DNA of 64,000 nt from an uncultured Acidobacteriota bacterium (GCA_963804995.1 CAWDSK010000001.1:629784-693783); one strand, 5' to 3'; numbered from the stretch's first letter, positions 39,690 through 51,133 are shown. The notes: a model not told the origin generated them from the letters alone. Numbers and translations: made by a program.

Positions 39690-39959
39690 TTAGGGGAGGG
39701 ATTGCAGTTCCTTGCCGGGTTTGAAACGCACGGCCTTGCCCGGCGGGATGCTGACTTCCGCCCCGGTCCGGGGATTGCGGCCAATGCCGGTCTTGCGAGG
39801 TTTCACATTGAAAACGCCGAAGCCGCGCAATTCAATGCGGTCGCCCTGGGCCAAGGCCTTCTTCATCGAATCAAACACCGTCTCAACGGCCATCTCAGCT
39901 TTCGTCTTGGTGATGCTCGTGCGATTGACGACCTCATTGATGATGTCTAGCTTTATCAC
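39690..39959 (-). CDS. HU/IHF-family DNA-binding protein
   Basis: IELRGFGVF..GRNPRTG..VRFKPGKEL. Confidence 0.95.
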   Translation of the reverse strand: MIKLDIINEVVNRTSITKTKAEMAVETVFDSMKKALAQGDRIELRGFGVFNVKPRKTGIGRNPRTGAEVSIPPGKAVRFKPGKELQSLP

Positions 39960-40122
39960 GGAAACCTCCTGAAAATACAGGCTTTAATCCTAGAAACTCA
40001 GAGGAGCATTGTCAAGAATTTTCTCCTGGACTATGATGCTCTTCCTTTTTCTTGCCGGGCGGTACGATTTCGTGGCTTCGAGCGCGTGCCACGAACCCAC
40101 ACTTCACACGAGGTGATTTGAT

Positions 40123-40677
40123 ATGCCGGTTAAAAGCGATCGCTGGATACGCAGGATGGCCACGGAACACAACATGATAGATCCCTTCGAGGAAAAGCAG
40201 GTCCGCGACGGGGTGATTTCCTTCGGACTCTCCTCTTACGGCTACGACCTGCGCGTGGCAGATGAATTTAAGATCTTCACGAATGTCAACTCAACGATCG
40301 TCGACCCGAAGCAGTTTGACGCGCGTTCCTTCGTTGAATTCAAAGGGCCAGCGTGCATCGTGCCGCCCAATTCTTTCGCGCTCGCCAGGTCCGTGGAGTA
40401 CTTCCGGATCCCGCGCAATGTCCTGACAATCTGTGTCGGTAAATCGACTTATGCCCGCTGCGGCATTATTGTAAATGTTACACCACTCGAGCCGGAGTGG
40501 GAAGGCTTTGTCACACTCGAAATTTCGAATACCACGCCCCTGCCAGCCCGCGTCTATTCCGACGAAGGCCTTTGCCAGATTATTTTCCTCGAATCGGATG
40601 AGGTGTGCGAGACCTCTTATAAGGATAAGAAGGGCAAGTACCAAGCCCAACAAGGAATTGTGCTGCCCAAAGTTTAG
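40123..40677 (+). CDS. dcd: dCTP deaminase
   Basis: [32 protein letters not shown]. Confidence 0.95.
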   Translation: MPVKSDRWIRRMATEHNMIDPFEEKQVRDGVISFGLSSYGYDLRVADEFKIFTNVNSTIVDPKQFDARSFVEFKGPACIVPPNSFALARSVEYFRIPRNVLTICVGKSTYARCGIIVNVTPLEPEWEGFVTLEISNTTPLPARVYSDEGLCQIIFLESDEVCETSYKDKKGKYQAQQGIVLPKV

Positions 40678-40793
40678 CGGTTCCGAGGTCGAGGATTTGG
40701 ATTGGAGAATCAAGTCGACTCAGTCGTGGAAGGATGAACTCTACCCATCCAGCCAGCGACGGGATCGTTGAGCCCACAAGAGGTATTCTACCC

Positions 40794-42149
40794 ATGCGGT
40801 TCAGTTGGCTCCTGCTGGGGGTAGGGTTGCTGGCTACTCCCGCAGTTTTGGTGGCCGGCGACCCAATCCAGAATCCTGCGGTGGCTGTGGCGCCAGCCTC
40901 CGAGCATCCTGCTCCCACCGGTCAAGTCCGCCCCACCGCGCCTCCGTCTAAAGCCACCTACACGCTAACCCCCGAGCGGCGAGCCCAGGCCGTTGCCTAC
41001 GCGCACACGCGGTATGTTCTCTACTTTGTTGGGACCCTGATTTCCCTTGGCATATATCTGCTTCTCTGGCGCGCCCGCCTTGCGCTCGTCTTCCGCGATT
41101 GGGCCTGTAGGGCTTCCGGCCGCCTCATCTTGCAGTGCCTGGTTTTTGTGCCGTTATTTGTGGCCGCGGTAGCGCTTCTGAGCTTTCCTCTCGATTACTA
41201 TTCGGGCTTCGTCGTAGAGCACCACTTCGGTCTCTCCACGCAAGGCCTGGCATCCTGGCTCGCTGACTGGGGAAAAAGCCTGGCCATTGAGACGGCTCTC
41301 GTGGTCATCCTAACCTGGGTCTTTTACAGCATCGTCCGCCGCAGCACGCGCCGGTGGTGGTTTCACTTTTGGTTGGCCTCAATTCCCCTCGTCTTGGCTT
41401 TCGTTCTCGTTGACCCATATGTAATCGAACCTCTCTTTTACAAGTTCACACCTCTTACGAAAACGCAACCAGCGCTCGTCGAGCGGATCGAAGCCATGCT
41501 GAACCACGCCGGCCTCTCCATCCCACCCAATCATATTTTCGAAATGGATGCCAGCTCCAAAACCCGGGCGGTCGATGCCTATGTCTCCGGCCTGGGTTCA
41601 AGCAAGCGCGTCGTGGTATGGGATACAACACTCAACAAAATGGGGCAGGATGAGTTGCTGCTGGTCCTCGGACATGAGACCGGCCACTACGCTTTGCAAC
41701 ACATCCCCAAGGAATTCGCTCTCAACGAAGCTGTCGCCTTCTTTTTCTTCTTTCTGGGATTCTTGGCGGTGAATCGCTGGGTGGAACGAGTGGGCCCGCG
41801 GACTGGACTTGCGGGTGCGGGCGACCTGGCGGCGCTACCGCTCGTCCTGATGGTGCTCACCGTGCTCGTGTTTTTATCCTCCCCCATCGTGAACGGGATC
41901 TCGCGCCACTACGAACACCAGGCTGACCAGTTCGGTCTTGAAGTGGCTTATGGCGTCGTTGCTGATCCGAACACGGCTGAGGTGCACGCCTTCGAAATCC
42001 TGGGCGAAGAAGACTTGGACGATCCCGATCCCAACCCCTTCATCAAATTCTGGCTTTACACACACCCGCCACTCGAAGAACGTATCCGCTTCGCGGCCGC
42101 CTACAAACCCTGGGCAGAGGGCAAACCGCTGGAGCTTCTGGGTCATTGA
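40794..42149 (+). CDS. M48 (Ste24/HtpX-like) metallopeptidase
   Basis: AYVSG.G.SKRVV.WDT, HETGH, E.QAD, THPPLEERI. Confidence 0.9.
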   Translation: MRFSWLLLGVGLLATPAVLVAGDPIQNPAVAVAPASEHPAPTGQVRPTAPPSKATYTLTPERRAQAVAYAHTRYVLYFVGTLISLGIYLLLWRARLALVFRDWACRASGRLILQCLVFVPLFVAAVALLSFPLDYYSGFVVEHHFGLSTQGLASWLADWGKSLAIETALVVILTWVFYSIVRRSTRRWWFHFWLASIPLVLAFVLVDPYVIEPLFYKFTPLTKTQPALVERIEAMLNHAGLSIPPNHIFEMDASSKTRAVDAYVSGLGSSKRVVVWDTTLNKMGQDELLLVLGHETGHYALQHIPKEFALNEAVAFFFFFLGFLAVNRWVERVGPRTGLAGAGDLAALPLVLMVLTVLVFLSSPIVNGISRHYEHQADQFGLEVAYGVVADPNTAEVHAFEILGEEDLDDPDPNPFIKFWLYTHPPLEERIRFAAAYKPWAEGKPLELLGH

Positions 42150-42157
42150 TTTCCTGA

Positions 42158-43525
42158 TTAAGTTTCGGGAGGGATGATGCCGGCATCTTCTATGCCGTAT
42201 TCTCTTAGCTTCCGGTAGATCGTCGTCTTGCCGATGCCCAGCATTTTCGCGGCGCGAATGCGGTCGCCGCCTGTCGCTTGGAGGGCATGCCGGATGGCCT
42301 GCTGCTCGATTGCTTGCAATGTGCCCAAATCCTGACGGGACGAGGGCCCGTGACCGAGGTGGTAAAGCAGACTGGAAGGAAGGTCCTGCATTTGAACGAA
42401 AGTTCCTGAACCCAACGAAACCGCGCGCTGGATGCAGTTCTCGAGCTCGCGGACGTTGCCGGGCCATTCGTAGCTCATCAAGCTTCCCATGACTTCGTCA
42501 GAAACTTTCGTCACGGATTTTTCATTTGCAAAGCGCTCCAGGAAATGGCAAATGAGCGGCGGGATATCTTCTTTCCGGTCGCGCAGCGGCGGCATCTTGA
42601 TGGAAACAACGTTTAGTCGGAAGAATAAATCTTTGCGAAAAGCGCCCCGTTTCATAGCCGCGTCCAAGTCCTGATTGGTGGCGGCAACGATGCGGGCGTC
42701 CAGCCTGGTGCGCTCGTTGCTTCCCAGAGGTTTCACCTCATGTTCTTGCAAGGCCCGCAACAAACGGGATTGCAACTCGATTGGCAACTCGCCGATTTCA
42801 TCCAGGAAAACCGTCCCCGTTCCCGCCGTGGCCAGCAAGCCCTGCCGCGATTGCGTCGCTCCGGTAAAAGCGCCCTTCACGTGCCCGAACAGTTCGCTCT
42901 CGATCAGCGTGGGCGGCAACGCTCCACAATCGACCGGCACAAAGGGTTGCTCCCGCCAGGGGCCTTGCGTGTGGATCGCCCGCGCCACCAACTCTTTACC
43001 GGTGCCGCTCTCGCCCTGGATTAGAACCGGATGGCGCTGCAACGCCACCTTGCCGATCAACCGGTGAACCTTTCGCATCTTCTCGGAGATTCCGATCAGA
43101 CCGGCGAAAACTGGCGGCGCGGAGTCTGCCTCTTGAGAGGTCTCTTCAGCCGCCCGTCGCGCCTCCACATCGGGGGTAGAACCCAACAAGCGATTGAGGT
43201 CCTCGGTTTTCAGGGGCTTGGTGAGGAGGGGAAATCCATGCAAGCGCAGCGGCTGATTTAAGGCAGCGTGGCCGTTCTCGTCCACCATCAGAATCACGTC
43301 AATCCCCGGTTGGTGGCGCTTGACAGTGCCCACCAGATCATTTCCGCCCACACTGGCCATGCGGAGGTCCATCAGCACGGCGTCGAACGTTTTCCGCGCG
43401 AGCAGCACTAACGCGGCTGCGCCGGAACTGGCGATGCTGACCTCGCACCCGAATTCCCGCAGGGTCCGGACAGACGGGTTACCAGATGATAAATCCCCAT
43501 CGACGAACAACACATTGCTTTTCAT
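42158..43525 (-). CDS. Sigma54-dependent response regulator (NtrC family)
   Basis: Receiver domain, GESGTGKE, ELFGH.KGAFTGA, FLDEIGE, WPGNVREL, Fis-type HTH. Confidence 0.92.
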   Translation of the reverse strand: MKSNVLFVDGDLSSGNPSVRTLREFGCEVSIASSGAAALVLLARKTFDAVLMDLRMASVGGNDLVGTVKRHQPGIDVILMVDENGHAALNQPLRLHGFPLLTKPLKTEDLNRLLGSTPDVEARRAAEETSQEADSAPPVFAGLIGISEKMRKVHRLIGKVALQRHPVLIQGESGTGKELVARAIHTQGPWREQPFVPVDCGALPPTLIESELFGHVKGAFTGATQSRQGLLATAGTGTVFLDEIGELPIELQSRLLRALQEHEVKPLGSNERTRLDARIVAATNQDLDAAMKRGAFRKDLFFRLNVVSIKMPPLRDRKEDIPPLICHFLERFANEKSVTKVSDEVMGSLMSYEWPGNVRELENCIQRAVSLGSGTFVQMQDLPSSLLYHLGHGPSSRQDLGTLQAIEQQAIRHALQATGGDRIRAAKMLGIGKTTIYRKLREYGIEDAGIIPPET

Positions 43526-43708
43526 GGCGGCGAGTTGAAGGTCTGCGGCGGAGAGCACCTTCCCTAGGAGCGAGGGTCATGCCTAGTGACTCGCAAGTAT
43601 ACAGACCCGGGTAGGTAGAGTCAAATTATTACTTCATCTTTAACTGCCGAGGATGGGGGCGCGGACGGAGGGCCCGGAAGCGGTGTAATATGATTCATAG
43701 GGGGGCTT

Positions 43709-45079
43709 GTGACGAAGAAGGGCAAGATCCTGATTGTCGAGGACGACGCGCATGAGCGACAGGGTCTCTCTGACCTGCTCAATGCCTGGGGTTACGAGAC
43801 CGATACGGCTGCGGACGGCGCCGCAGCGTTGCAGAAGATTCCGGTCTTCAATCCCGTCGTGGTCATCTCAGACCTGCGCATGCCGGAGGTTACCGGCATG
43901 GAACTATTGCGGCAAATTCATGCCGTCCGCCCCGGCCTGCACTTCATCATGCTGACCGGCCAAGGGACGATTGAGGAAGCGGTGGAGGCCACCAAGCTGG
44001 GCGCGCTCAATTTCCTCGAAAAGCCCATTGACCCCAAACGCCTGCAGGTGGAGTTGCGCAATTGCCTGGAACGCCACGAGAGCGAGCGGCGGTTGGAAAT
44101 CGCGCAACGGCGCTTGCAGGACCTGGGCGTGCTGGGAAGTCTGGTGGGGCGCTCAGCGCAGATGCAAGAGGTGATGCGGCTGATCGCGATGGTCGCCCCC
44201 TCCAGCGCCTCCGTGTTGATTACTGGAGAAAGCGGCACGGGCAAGGAGTTGGCCGCGCGCACCATCCATGAACTCAGCCCCCGCTCCGCCAAACCCTTTG
44301 TAGCTGTGAACTGTGCGGCCATCCCCGAGTCCCTGATGGAAAGCGAAATCTTCGGGCATGAGCGTGGCGCTTTCACGGGAGCGGTGGAGCGGCGTGTGGG
44401 CTGTTTTGAATTGGCCGACGGTGGCACTTTGCTTCTCAACGAAATCGGTGAGATGCCATCCGCCACACAGGCCAAGCTCCTGCGCGTTCTCGAGGATTCG
44501 AAAGTGCGCAGGCTGGGAAGCAAGTCGGAAATCTCAGTGGACGTGCGCGTGTTGGCCGCCACGAACAAGGTTCCGGAGGAGGCCGTCGCCCAAGGCCACC
44601 TGCGCAGCGACTTGTACTTCCGCCTGAATGTCGTGCACGTGATCATGCCTCCCTTGCGGGAGCATCTGTACGACCTGGAAGAGGTGATGGCGGCGCTCCT
44701 CGAAGACCTCAATCGCAAACACGGCCAGGCTGTGAAAAGCGTCGCCCCCGACGTTCTGGAGGCCTTGCGCGCGCATTCCTGGCCGGGAAATGTCCGCGAA
44801 CTGCGCAATACCCTGGAACGGGCTTTGGTTACCTGTTCCGGTGATAGGCTTGAAAAGGCAAACCTTGCTCCGGGCTTCGGCCGGTCAGCTTTGACGGGTT
44901 CGAATGACGCGTTGCGCTTGCGGCCGGGAATGACTGTGGAAGAAGCTGAGCGCCGCCTGATCTTCGAAACCCTGACCTTCACTGAGAATAACAAGACCCG
45001 CGCCGCCGAAATGCTCGGGATCAGTTTGAAAACCCTGCACAACAAGTTGAAAGAGTATGAGGCTGAGCCTCAAAACTAA
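43709..45079 (+). CDS. Sigma54-dependent response regulator (NtrC family)
   Basis: Receiver domain, GESGTGKE, GAFTGA, WPGNVREL, HTH; Walker B reads LLNE. Confidence 0.92.
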   Translation: MTKKGKILIVEDDAHERQGLSDLLNAWGYETDTAADGAAALQKIPVFNPVVVISDLRMPEVTGMELLRQIHAVRPGLHFIMLTGQGTIEEAVEATKLGALNFLEKPIDPKRLQVELRNCLERHESERRLEIAQRRLQDLGVLGSLVGRSAQMQEVMRLIAMVAPSSASVLITGESGTGKELAARTIHELSPRSAKPFVAVNCAAIPESLMESEIFGHERGAFTGAVERRVGCFELADGGTLLLNEIGEMPSATQAKLLRVLEDSKVRRLGSKSEISVDVRVLAATNKVPEEAVAQGHLRSDLYFRLNVVHVIMPPLREHLYDLEEVMAALLEDLNRKHGQAVKSVAPDVLEALRAHSWPGNVRELRNTLERALVTCSGDRLEKANLAPGFGRSALTGSNDALRLRPGMTVEEAERRLIFETLTFTENNKTRAAEMLGISLKTLHNKLKEYEAEPQN

Positions 45080-46900
45080 GCTCACCGCGCTGATTACCCT
45101 CCTGGTACTCGTGGTGGTTTTCTCAGCTCCGCGGTCTACATCTCAAACCTTACCCGGCAAGCCATGGTGGAAGTTCAAAGCCGCGGTGAGTACGTCGCGA
45201 ACGAGGTCTATCACCAAGCAGGCACGGCGTTGGCCCAAAGCCATATGCCGGAGGGCGAAAGTCCTGCCGACTTCGAGGCGCTGCACCGTTTTGTGCAGGG
45301 GCGGCTTTCCTCAGACTCAGGCCTGGCTTCGCTGATTGAATCCGCCGTGGGTTACTCGCCGATTCTCTACTATGTGGCGATCACCGACACGGAGGGCGTT
45401 ATCCTGGTGCACAACGACCCCGAAACCGTCAACCATCCTCTCGCCCCCACACCGCGATTTTCACAGCTCATGCAGGCGGGGCTGACTCAGCAACTCCGAA
45501 CTATCTATGGTCCCCCGAGTGTTTACGAGGTCACCCTGCCGCTTGAGATTGGCGGCCGCCCGCTGGGTGACGTGCGCGTGGGCGTCTCCACTCTCTTCCT
45601 ACGCAATCAGCTCACACCCGATCTGCGCGCTGCTTTGCTGCTTTCGCTCGTGGCGATCATCTTCACCACGCTTTCTGCCGGCGCTCTCTCCTTTCGCTTG
45701 CTCCGGCCGCTCGAAACCATCTCCCGGAGCGTCGACCATCTGGCACGCGGTGAGTACTCGCAAACCGTAGCGCTCAATCGCCGCGACGAGTGGGGTATCC
45801 TTTCCTCAAAACTCAACCTGCTGGGCGAGCAGATGCGCGGTGAAAAGGCCGCCTACGTTCAACTCCAGGAGAATCTCGACCAACTCTTCAGCAACTTAAG
45901 CGATGGGCTACTCCTCTTCGACCAGCAGGATCGGCTGGCTCTTGCTACGCCGGCGGCCGCACGTTTTCTCGGTTCGGGCGCCACCCGTCTGGTTCATCAC
46001 CCCGCGCAGGAAGTCTTCTTCCTCTCTTCACCTTTGCATCAATTGTTGCGCGAGGCGTTTCAAACTCAACAATCGCTCCTCTGGAAGACCGTCGACCTAC
46101 CCGAGCTTTCCGGTCGCATAGCCGTTAATGCCCAGTTTGTGGACGAAGGCGGCCAGCATGTAGGCTGCCTGGTGACTCTGCGCGATCTGGGATCACGTGC
46201 GGAAATCCAGGACCAGATCGATACGACCACCAAGCTCGCCGCTATTGGCCGACTCATGTCCGGTGTGGCACACGAAGTCAAGAATCCCCTGAACGCGATG
46301 GTGCTGCAACTGGAGGTGCTGAAAACACGCCTAGGAGACGATGGCGAACGGGTGCAGCCACAGGTTGATATCCTGGCAGCGGAGATTCGCCGCCTCGATC
46401 GTGTCGTCAAAACTTTCCTTGACTTCACCCGGCCTGTAGAGATTCATCCCGTCGAGTCGGACATGGAAGGCTTGATGCGCGAGGTCTTCGCGCTAGTGGA
46501 GCCGCAAGCGCGGAAGAGTAACGTCCAGCTCGTCTTCGCCGGTGACAGTCGGGCGCCTACGGTGCGTATCGATCGCGACCTTATCAAGCAAGCTCTGTTG
46601 AACCTCGTTCTCAATGGATGCCAGGCCATGCCCAAGGGAGGCGAATTGAAAGTTACTGCTCGTGCTATGGCCAACGCGCTCGAAATTGAAATCAGCGATT
46701 CGGGCGTGGGCATTTCCCCCGAAGCACAGAAGAAGATTTTTTCCCTCTTCTATACGACCAAGCCCGGCGGCACGGGCGTGGGCCTCGCCATGGCGTTTCG
46801 CATTGTGCAACTTCACAACGGCACGATTGACTTCACAAGCGAAGCCAATCGCGGCACCACCTTCCGCGTAACGCTGCCCTTAGGCGAAGGCGGGGTCTAG
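45057..46900 (+). CDS. Sensor histidine kinase (TM-HAMP-PAS-HisKA-HATPase), 1-bp frameshift in a T-run near 45120
   Basis: MRLSLKTKL TM start; AHEVKNPL, NLVLNG, DSGVGI, GTGVGL. One extra T restores VVVFLSSAVYISNL. Confidence 0.88.
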
Positions 46901-47278
46901 GCAATTAGGCTTGTGCCTCGTCGACGCCGATCTTGTCTCATACTATCTTCAGGAATGGATACCTCAACAATCCCTGATTATGGGTGCAAATGGTGCGATA
47001 GGCCTTCGAAGACGGCACACACACCCACAACCCCCAAAAGTATGTTTCTAAAGGGGTTAGCCAATTAACAGAGGGCCTTCAAGAAATCGGCTTAATCAGG
47101 GACACAAAGTCGCTATCTCGAATGCTCCCATCCTATTCAATCTATTAGTCTTATGAGAAGGATGCCATCGAAGAGGCCAGCAGCTACATCCACAGGGCTT
47201 AGCTTGTAAGGAAAGGAAAGTCTGTGGTTAAGGGCACGGAACCAGACTCGACTCTGGTCCCGTGCTCAAATCGAATGG

Positions 47279-49618
47279 CTAGAAGGAATAGCGCAGGGAC
47301 AAGTTAACCAAGTTTCCGCGGAAGCTGCGATGCCCGATATTGTCGACAGGATTATCCTTTTCGTTGTAGTCGTAGTCGCCCCACCCAGTTTTCCAGGTAA
47401 CGCCTTTGGCCAAGTCGACATCAACCGACCCATAAGGCCGGTGATAGTTGAAATCAAGTGGTCCCGGAGGGGAGTTGGGGTTCAGGATGAGCGTATTCCC
47501 GGTAACACTATCGATGGCGTACCCCATCCGCATCGTGACTCGCTTGGCGGGCTTCAGCATGATGTCTGAGAAGCCGTAGTTCAGCTTATTGTTGTAAATC
47601 GAAATCCCTGACAAGGTAGTCGGTGACCCGGCAATCGGGCAGGGGGGGAATCCTGCCGGCGGCGGGCCGGACCCGAAGATGAAGCAGATGTTGGTTTGGG
47701 AAAAGATACCCGTGTAGTTGTACCCGGCATCGAGAGACCAGCGCTCCCCCGGGGCGACGGAAATGTTGTAGGCAAAGTTCCGGGTATGCTCGAGGTGGTC
47801 GATTTGCGAGACGTTATTGCGCGCCTCGTAAAGGTTGACGGTCGAGCTCATGTGCAACCACGTGGTCGGTTTGTATTCGCCGCGCAACTTGTAGTGCTGC
47901 GACTGGCGGGGGCTGACGCGTGTAAAGGTGTTGTCCGCGTACATCAGTTCCTGGTCGTAGCTGATCCGGACCTTGTCGGTGGGCCGCACCCAAATTCCCG
48001 CCAAGAGCGAGTGCTCGTTAATGAGGATCTCAGAAGAGTCTTCGGCGGTGGTGTTGGCCGTGCACGAGCCATCCGGGTTGAGCGGCTGACCCGCACAGGC
48101 TCCGCGCGTTGGCAGGATGGGGTCAAAGGTGCTGCTGTCCAATTCCACATCCCGCTGGTCAATGGTCCGATGACCGTAGCGGTATCCCAGGCGCCCGCCA
48201 AAGTGCTTGGTGAAATCGTACTCAAGCTGCACCGTATTATACTTGGAGTCCTGCCCCAGAAAGAGGCTGGAGACCGTGACCGAGGAGTCCGCTTCTGATG
48301 AACTGTTATGACGGGGACAGGTGGCCGCCGTATACGGTGGAGGGCAAGTCGCGGAGCTAAAGACCACAGGTGCAACCAACATGCTGGTACCAAAGAGGTC
48401 GGCTGTCGAGATCTGATTCTGGCCGGGGATGCGGAAATAGATGAAGCGAAACTCCTCGGCAATGCGGAACTTGGGGGTCACGCTCCAGGTCGCGGCATAG
48501 TCGGCAGATACGGAGGTTCGCATGATGGCGGCATTGCCCGTGGAGTCGTATTGCCGATTCAGGGTCCGTGATTCAAATCCCTGAAATAACTCGTTGTAGT
48601 CAAGAATCCGCGCGTCCGCCGAACTGTAAACAAAGCGGCCTGACATGTCGACATTGCGGAAATAGTCCGATTGAAAACTGAACTGTTCCGCCGGGTAGGA
48701 GGTCCGCACCGGGCCACTCCGCGAGTAGTTCGTGTAGGCACTGCAGTTGGGAGTTACCGTGGGGGGGGTGGTGGTAAAGTTGACGATGGGAACCCGGCAA
48801 GGACTATTGTTCGCCGTATCCCAGGAAACCCCCAGGTCCACCATTTGACCGTTGGCAAGCTGGTAAGTCAGGTTGTTATCCGCATAAGAGGTATCACCCT
48901 TATACCAGTTCAGGAACTGGTCGAAGCTGAAACTGGTGCGGGGCAGGACCCGGAAGTCGATCCCGGCCTGATAGGTGTTGGTCGTCACCTTAAAATCCTG
49001 AAACAGCAGCGCCTCGGTTCCTTGATGGTAAGTTGATAGCGAAGGGCCCTCATTGTTATTGCGGGAGTAGCCCAAACGCAGGCGAACGCTCGATTGGGGC
49101 GCCAAGACGAGGTGAACATCGCTCATCCGCCGGGTCAGCGCCATCTTGTGCGGCGAGAAACCGATGAAAACGGCAGGCGTAGAGTTCGCGGGGTTCAGGG
49201 GATTAGCCAGCAGGTCGTAATTCCATAAGTTGCGGTCACGCCGGAACGTCCCGGTGAAATCGTACCATTTGTTCTTGGACATCCGCAGCATGGAGACGTC
49301 GTTGGGGTCGCCGCCATAACCGAAGTTCGACATGTAAAAGTTGTCGAAGAGCGTGCCGGCGTGATTCAGCGACCGCATCTCGAGGCTTTGATTGAATAGC
49401 CTGGCGCCTTGACCCAGGTTCACGAAGGTGTCGTAAACATCGTTGTTCCCGGTAAAGCTCGTTCCACGCCAGCCTAATTCAATGGACTGTTCGATGTGAT
49501 AATTGCCCCAGTCCTTTCCGGTGGCTTGCTCATTCTGGGCGCGGGCCGGCACCGCCAGGATGGCTCCTAAAACGAGAGCGGCAATCAGATAGCACAGACG
49601 CGACCATTGCAGTTTCAT
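47279..49618 (-). CDS. Large outer-membrane beta-barrel, MtrB/PioB-like porin
   Basis: Signal peptide, amphipathic beta strands, C-terminal LSLRYSF; directly downstream of the decaheme cytochrome. Confidence 0.75.
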   Translation of the reverse strand: MKLQWSRLCYLIAALVLGAILAVPARAQNEQATGKDWGNYHIEQSIELGWRGTSFTGNNDVYDTFVNLGQGARLFNQSLEMRSLNHAGTLFDNFYMSNFGYGGDPNDVSMLRMSKNKWYDFTGTFRRDRNLWNYDLLANPLNPANSTPAVFIGFSPHKMALTRRMSDVHLVLAPQSSVRLRLGYSRNNNEGPSLSTYHQGTEALLFQDFKVTTNTYQAGIDFRVLPRTSFSFDQFLNWYKGDTSYADNNLTYQLANGQMVDLGVSWDTANNSPCRVPIVNFTTTPPTVTPNCSAYTNYSRSGPVRTSYPAEQFSFQSDYFRNVDMSGRFVYSSADARILDYNELFQGFESRTLNRQYDSTGNAAIMRTSVSADYAATWSVTPKFRIAEEFRFIYFRIPGQNQISTADLFGTSMLVAPVVFSSATCPPPYTAATCPRHNSSSEADSSVTVSSLFLGQDSKYNTVQLEYDFTKHFGGRLGYRYGHRTIDQRDVELDSSTFDPILPTRGACAGQPLNPDGSCTANTTAEDSSEILINEHSLLAGIWVRPTDKVRISYDQELMYADNTFTRVSPRQSQHYKLRGEYKPTTWLHMSSTVNLYEARNNVSQIDHLEHTRNFAYNISVAPGERWSLDAGYNYTGIFSQTNICFIFGSGPPPAGFPPCPIAGSPTTLSGISIYNNKLNYGFSDIMLKPAKRVTMRMGYAIDSVTGNTLILNPNSPPGPLDFNYHRPYGSVDVDLAKGVTWKTGWGDYDYNEKDNPVDNIGHRSFRGNLVNLSLRYSF

Positions 49619-49679
49619 AAGGCACTCCTGTGGAAGCAGCGATTCCACGAGTCGGATCAAGTCTTCCGGGTCACCCTAG

Positions 49680-49899
49680 TGTCCTGAGTGAGAAGTTCGC
49701 TGATTATTAGAGAACCCCCTCACCCGTCCCGCCCCGGCTGATGAAAACGCCGGTAGCGGTCCACCCTCTCCCCCAAAGGGGCGAGGGCGACAAATTCAGA
49801 TTAACTCTCCCCTCGCCCCTTTGGGGGAGAGGGGCCGGGGGTGAGGGGGTCGTCTTTGAACCCAGTGAGACTTTGTCAGCGAACTTCTGATTCAGGTCC
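49680..49899. mobile_element. MITE shell enclosing a CCCTCTCCC/GGGAGAGGG palindromic repeat
   Basis: CTAG at 49676-49679 and 49900-49903; 24-bp inverted ends, 20/24 match (..AGAAGTTCGCTGA); interior repeat at about 49715-49850. Confidence 0.7.
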
Positions 49900-49978
49900 C
49901 TAGCGCTCGTCTCGAACTCCGCCCGCGCCGAACTTAAGATTCTTCTCGTCCCGATCACGCCTCGCATGCCGCCAACTC

Positions 49979-50929
49979 CTACTTAAAGAAGTAAGTATTA
50001 AAGTTCGAGCCGTGGATAGCCGGGTGGCACATGGTGCAAGCCTGGTACTTGATCGATTGGTTGTGGAACGACGGGATGCTGGGCGCACCAGAATCGACCG
50101 TCAACGTATGACACTCCAGGCACAGCAAATTGACCTGGCTGCGCTTCAGCAACCGCGGGTTTGCCGAACCGTGCGGCACGTGGCAGATCACACAACCTTC
50201 GATCCTCACCGGGGCATGTTCGTATACGAAGGGACCCGCTTTGTCCGTGTGACATTTCAGGCAAATCTGGTCCTGCGCCGCAGTCGAACGCAACTGCTTG
50301 GTCAGGAAGCCACCGTGCTGATTGTGACAGTCCGTGCACTTGATCAATCCTTCGTTCACCCGGTGGTGAAAGGTCTTCGAGAAGTCCGCTCGCATTTCGC
50401 CGTGGCAGGAGTAACAAAGCAAGGGTTGGCGCGCTACCAGCAGGTATTGCGATTCCTTGGCATGATGCGGAGAATGGCAGTCGATGCAACTCACCTTATT
50501 AACGTTGTGCTGCGAGCGCATGAAGTTGCTGTGCTCCTCGCCATATTCGTGGCAGTTCATGCAGCGCCGGCTGATCTCCTCGGTGGAAACGCCCTGAAAG
50601 TTGAACATGGTCCCCTTGCCGCCGCCGGCATTGACGTGATCGGCGCCCGGACCATGGCAGGCTTCGCACCCCTGCTTGTTCTTCTCCTTGAATTCCATGG
50701 TCCGCCAATGGGGAGTGGTTTCAAATTGCTTGTAAACGTCCGGGTGGCAACCCTTGCAGGTGTCCGCCCCGACGTACTTGCTCAAGTCCACAGGGGCAGC
50801 AGGAGGAGGAGCTTTCGCCGGCTCCTTCTTGGATGGGGCGGCTTTCAGCAAACCCGGTCCCATCGCAAGGGCCAAGACGGCAAACAGGATCCAGTTGGAG
50901 AGCTTTGTCGAGACTCCTGTTGGGTGCAT
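49979..50929 (-). CDS. DmsE/MtrA/PioA-family decaheme c-type cytochrome
   Basis: Signal peptide and ten CxxCH motifs (CKGCH, CEACH, CMNCH, CIDCH, CYSCH, CTDCH, CLKCH, CVICH, CLECH, CTMCH). Confidence 0.92.
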   Translation of the reverse strand: MHPTGVSTKLSNWILFAVLALAMGPGLLKAAPSKKEPAKAPPPAAPVDLSKYVGADTCKGCHPDVYKQFETTPHWRTMEFKEKNKQGCEACHGPGADHVNAGGGKGTMFNFQGVSTEEISRRCMNCHEYGEEHSNFMRSQHNVNKVSCIDCHSPHHAKESQYLLVARQPLLCYSCHGEMRADFSKTFHHRVNEGLIKCTDCHNQHGGFLTKQLRSTAAQDQICLKCHTDKAGPFVYEHAPVRIEGCVICHVPHGSANPRLLKRSQVNLLCLECHTLTVDSGAPSIPSFHNQSIKYQACTMCHPAIHGSNFNTYFFK

Positions 50930-51133
50930 ATGAAACTCCTCAGGCTGACCTTCGGCTGACGGGTCCGAGTGCGCGTTGGACTCCAGGGGAAGGTGCATTC
51001 CGCCCACTCTGGATATAGAATATCGTTACGAAGCTACCCGTTACTTGCGCGCTAATTGTACACCTAAATATTTTTGGCTCTGTAGAACTTTCTTACAGTA
51101 CCTGTGACAAGGTTCCGTCGGTACCACACATTG

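Noticed and set aside
46901..47265. Possible ncRNA or small gene between the kinase and the porin
   Set aside because: No recognisable tRNA, riboswitch or convincing ORF by eye; a covariance-model search would be needed.
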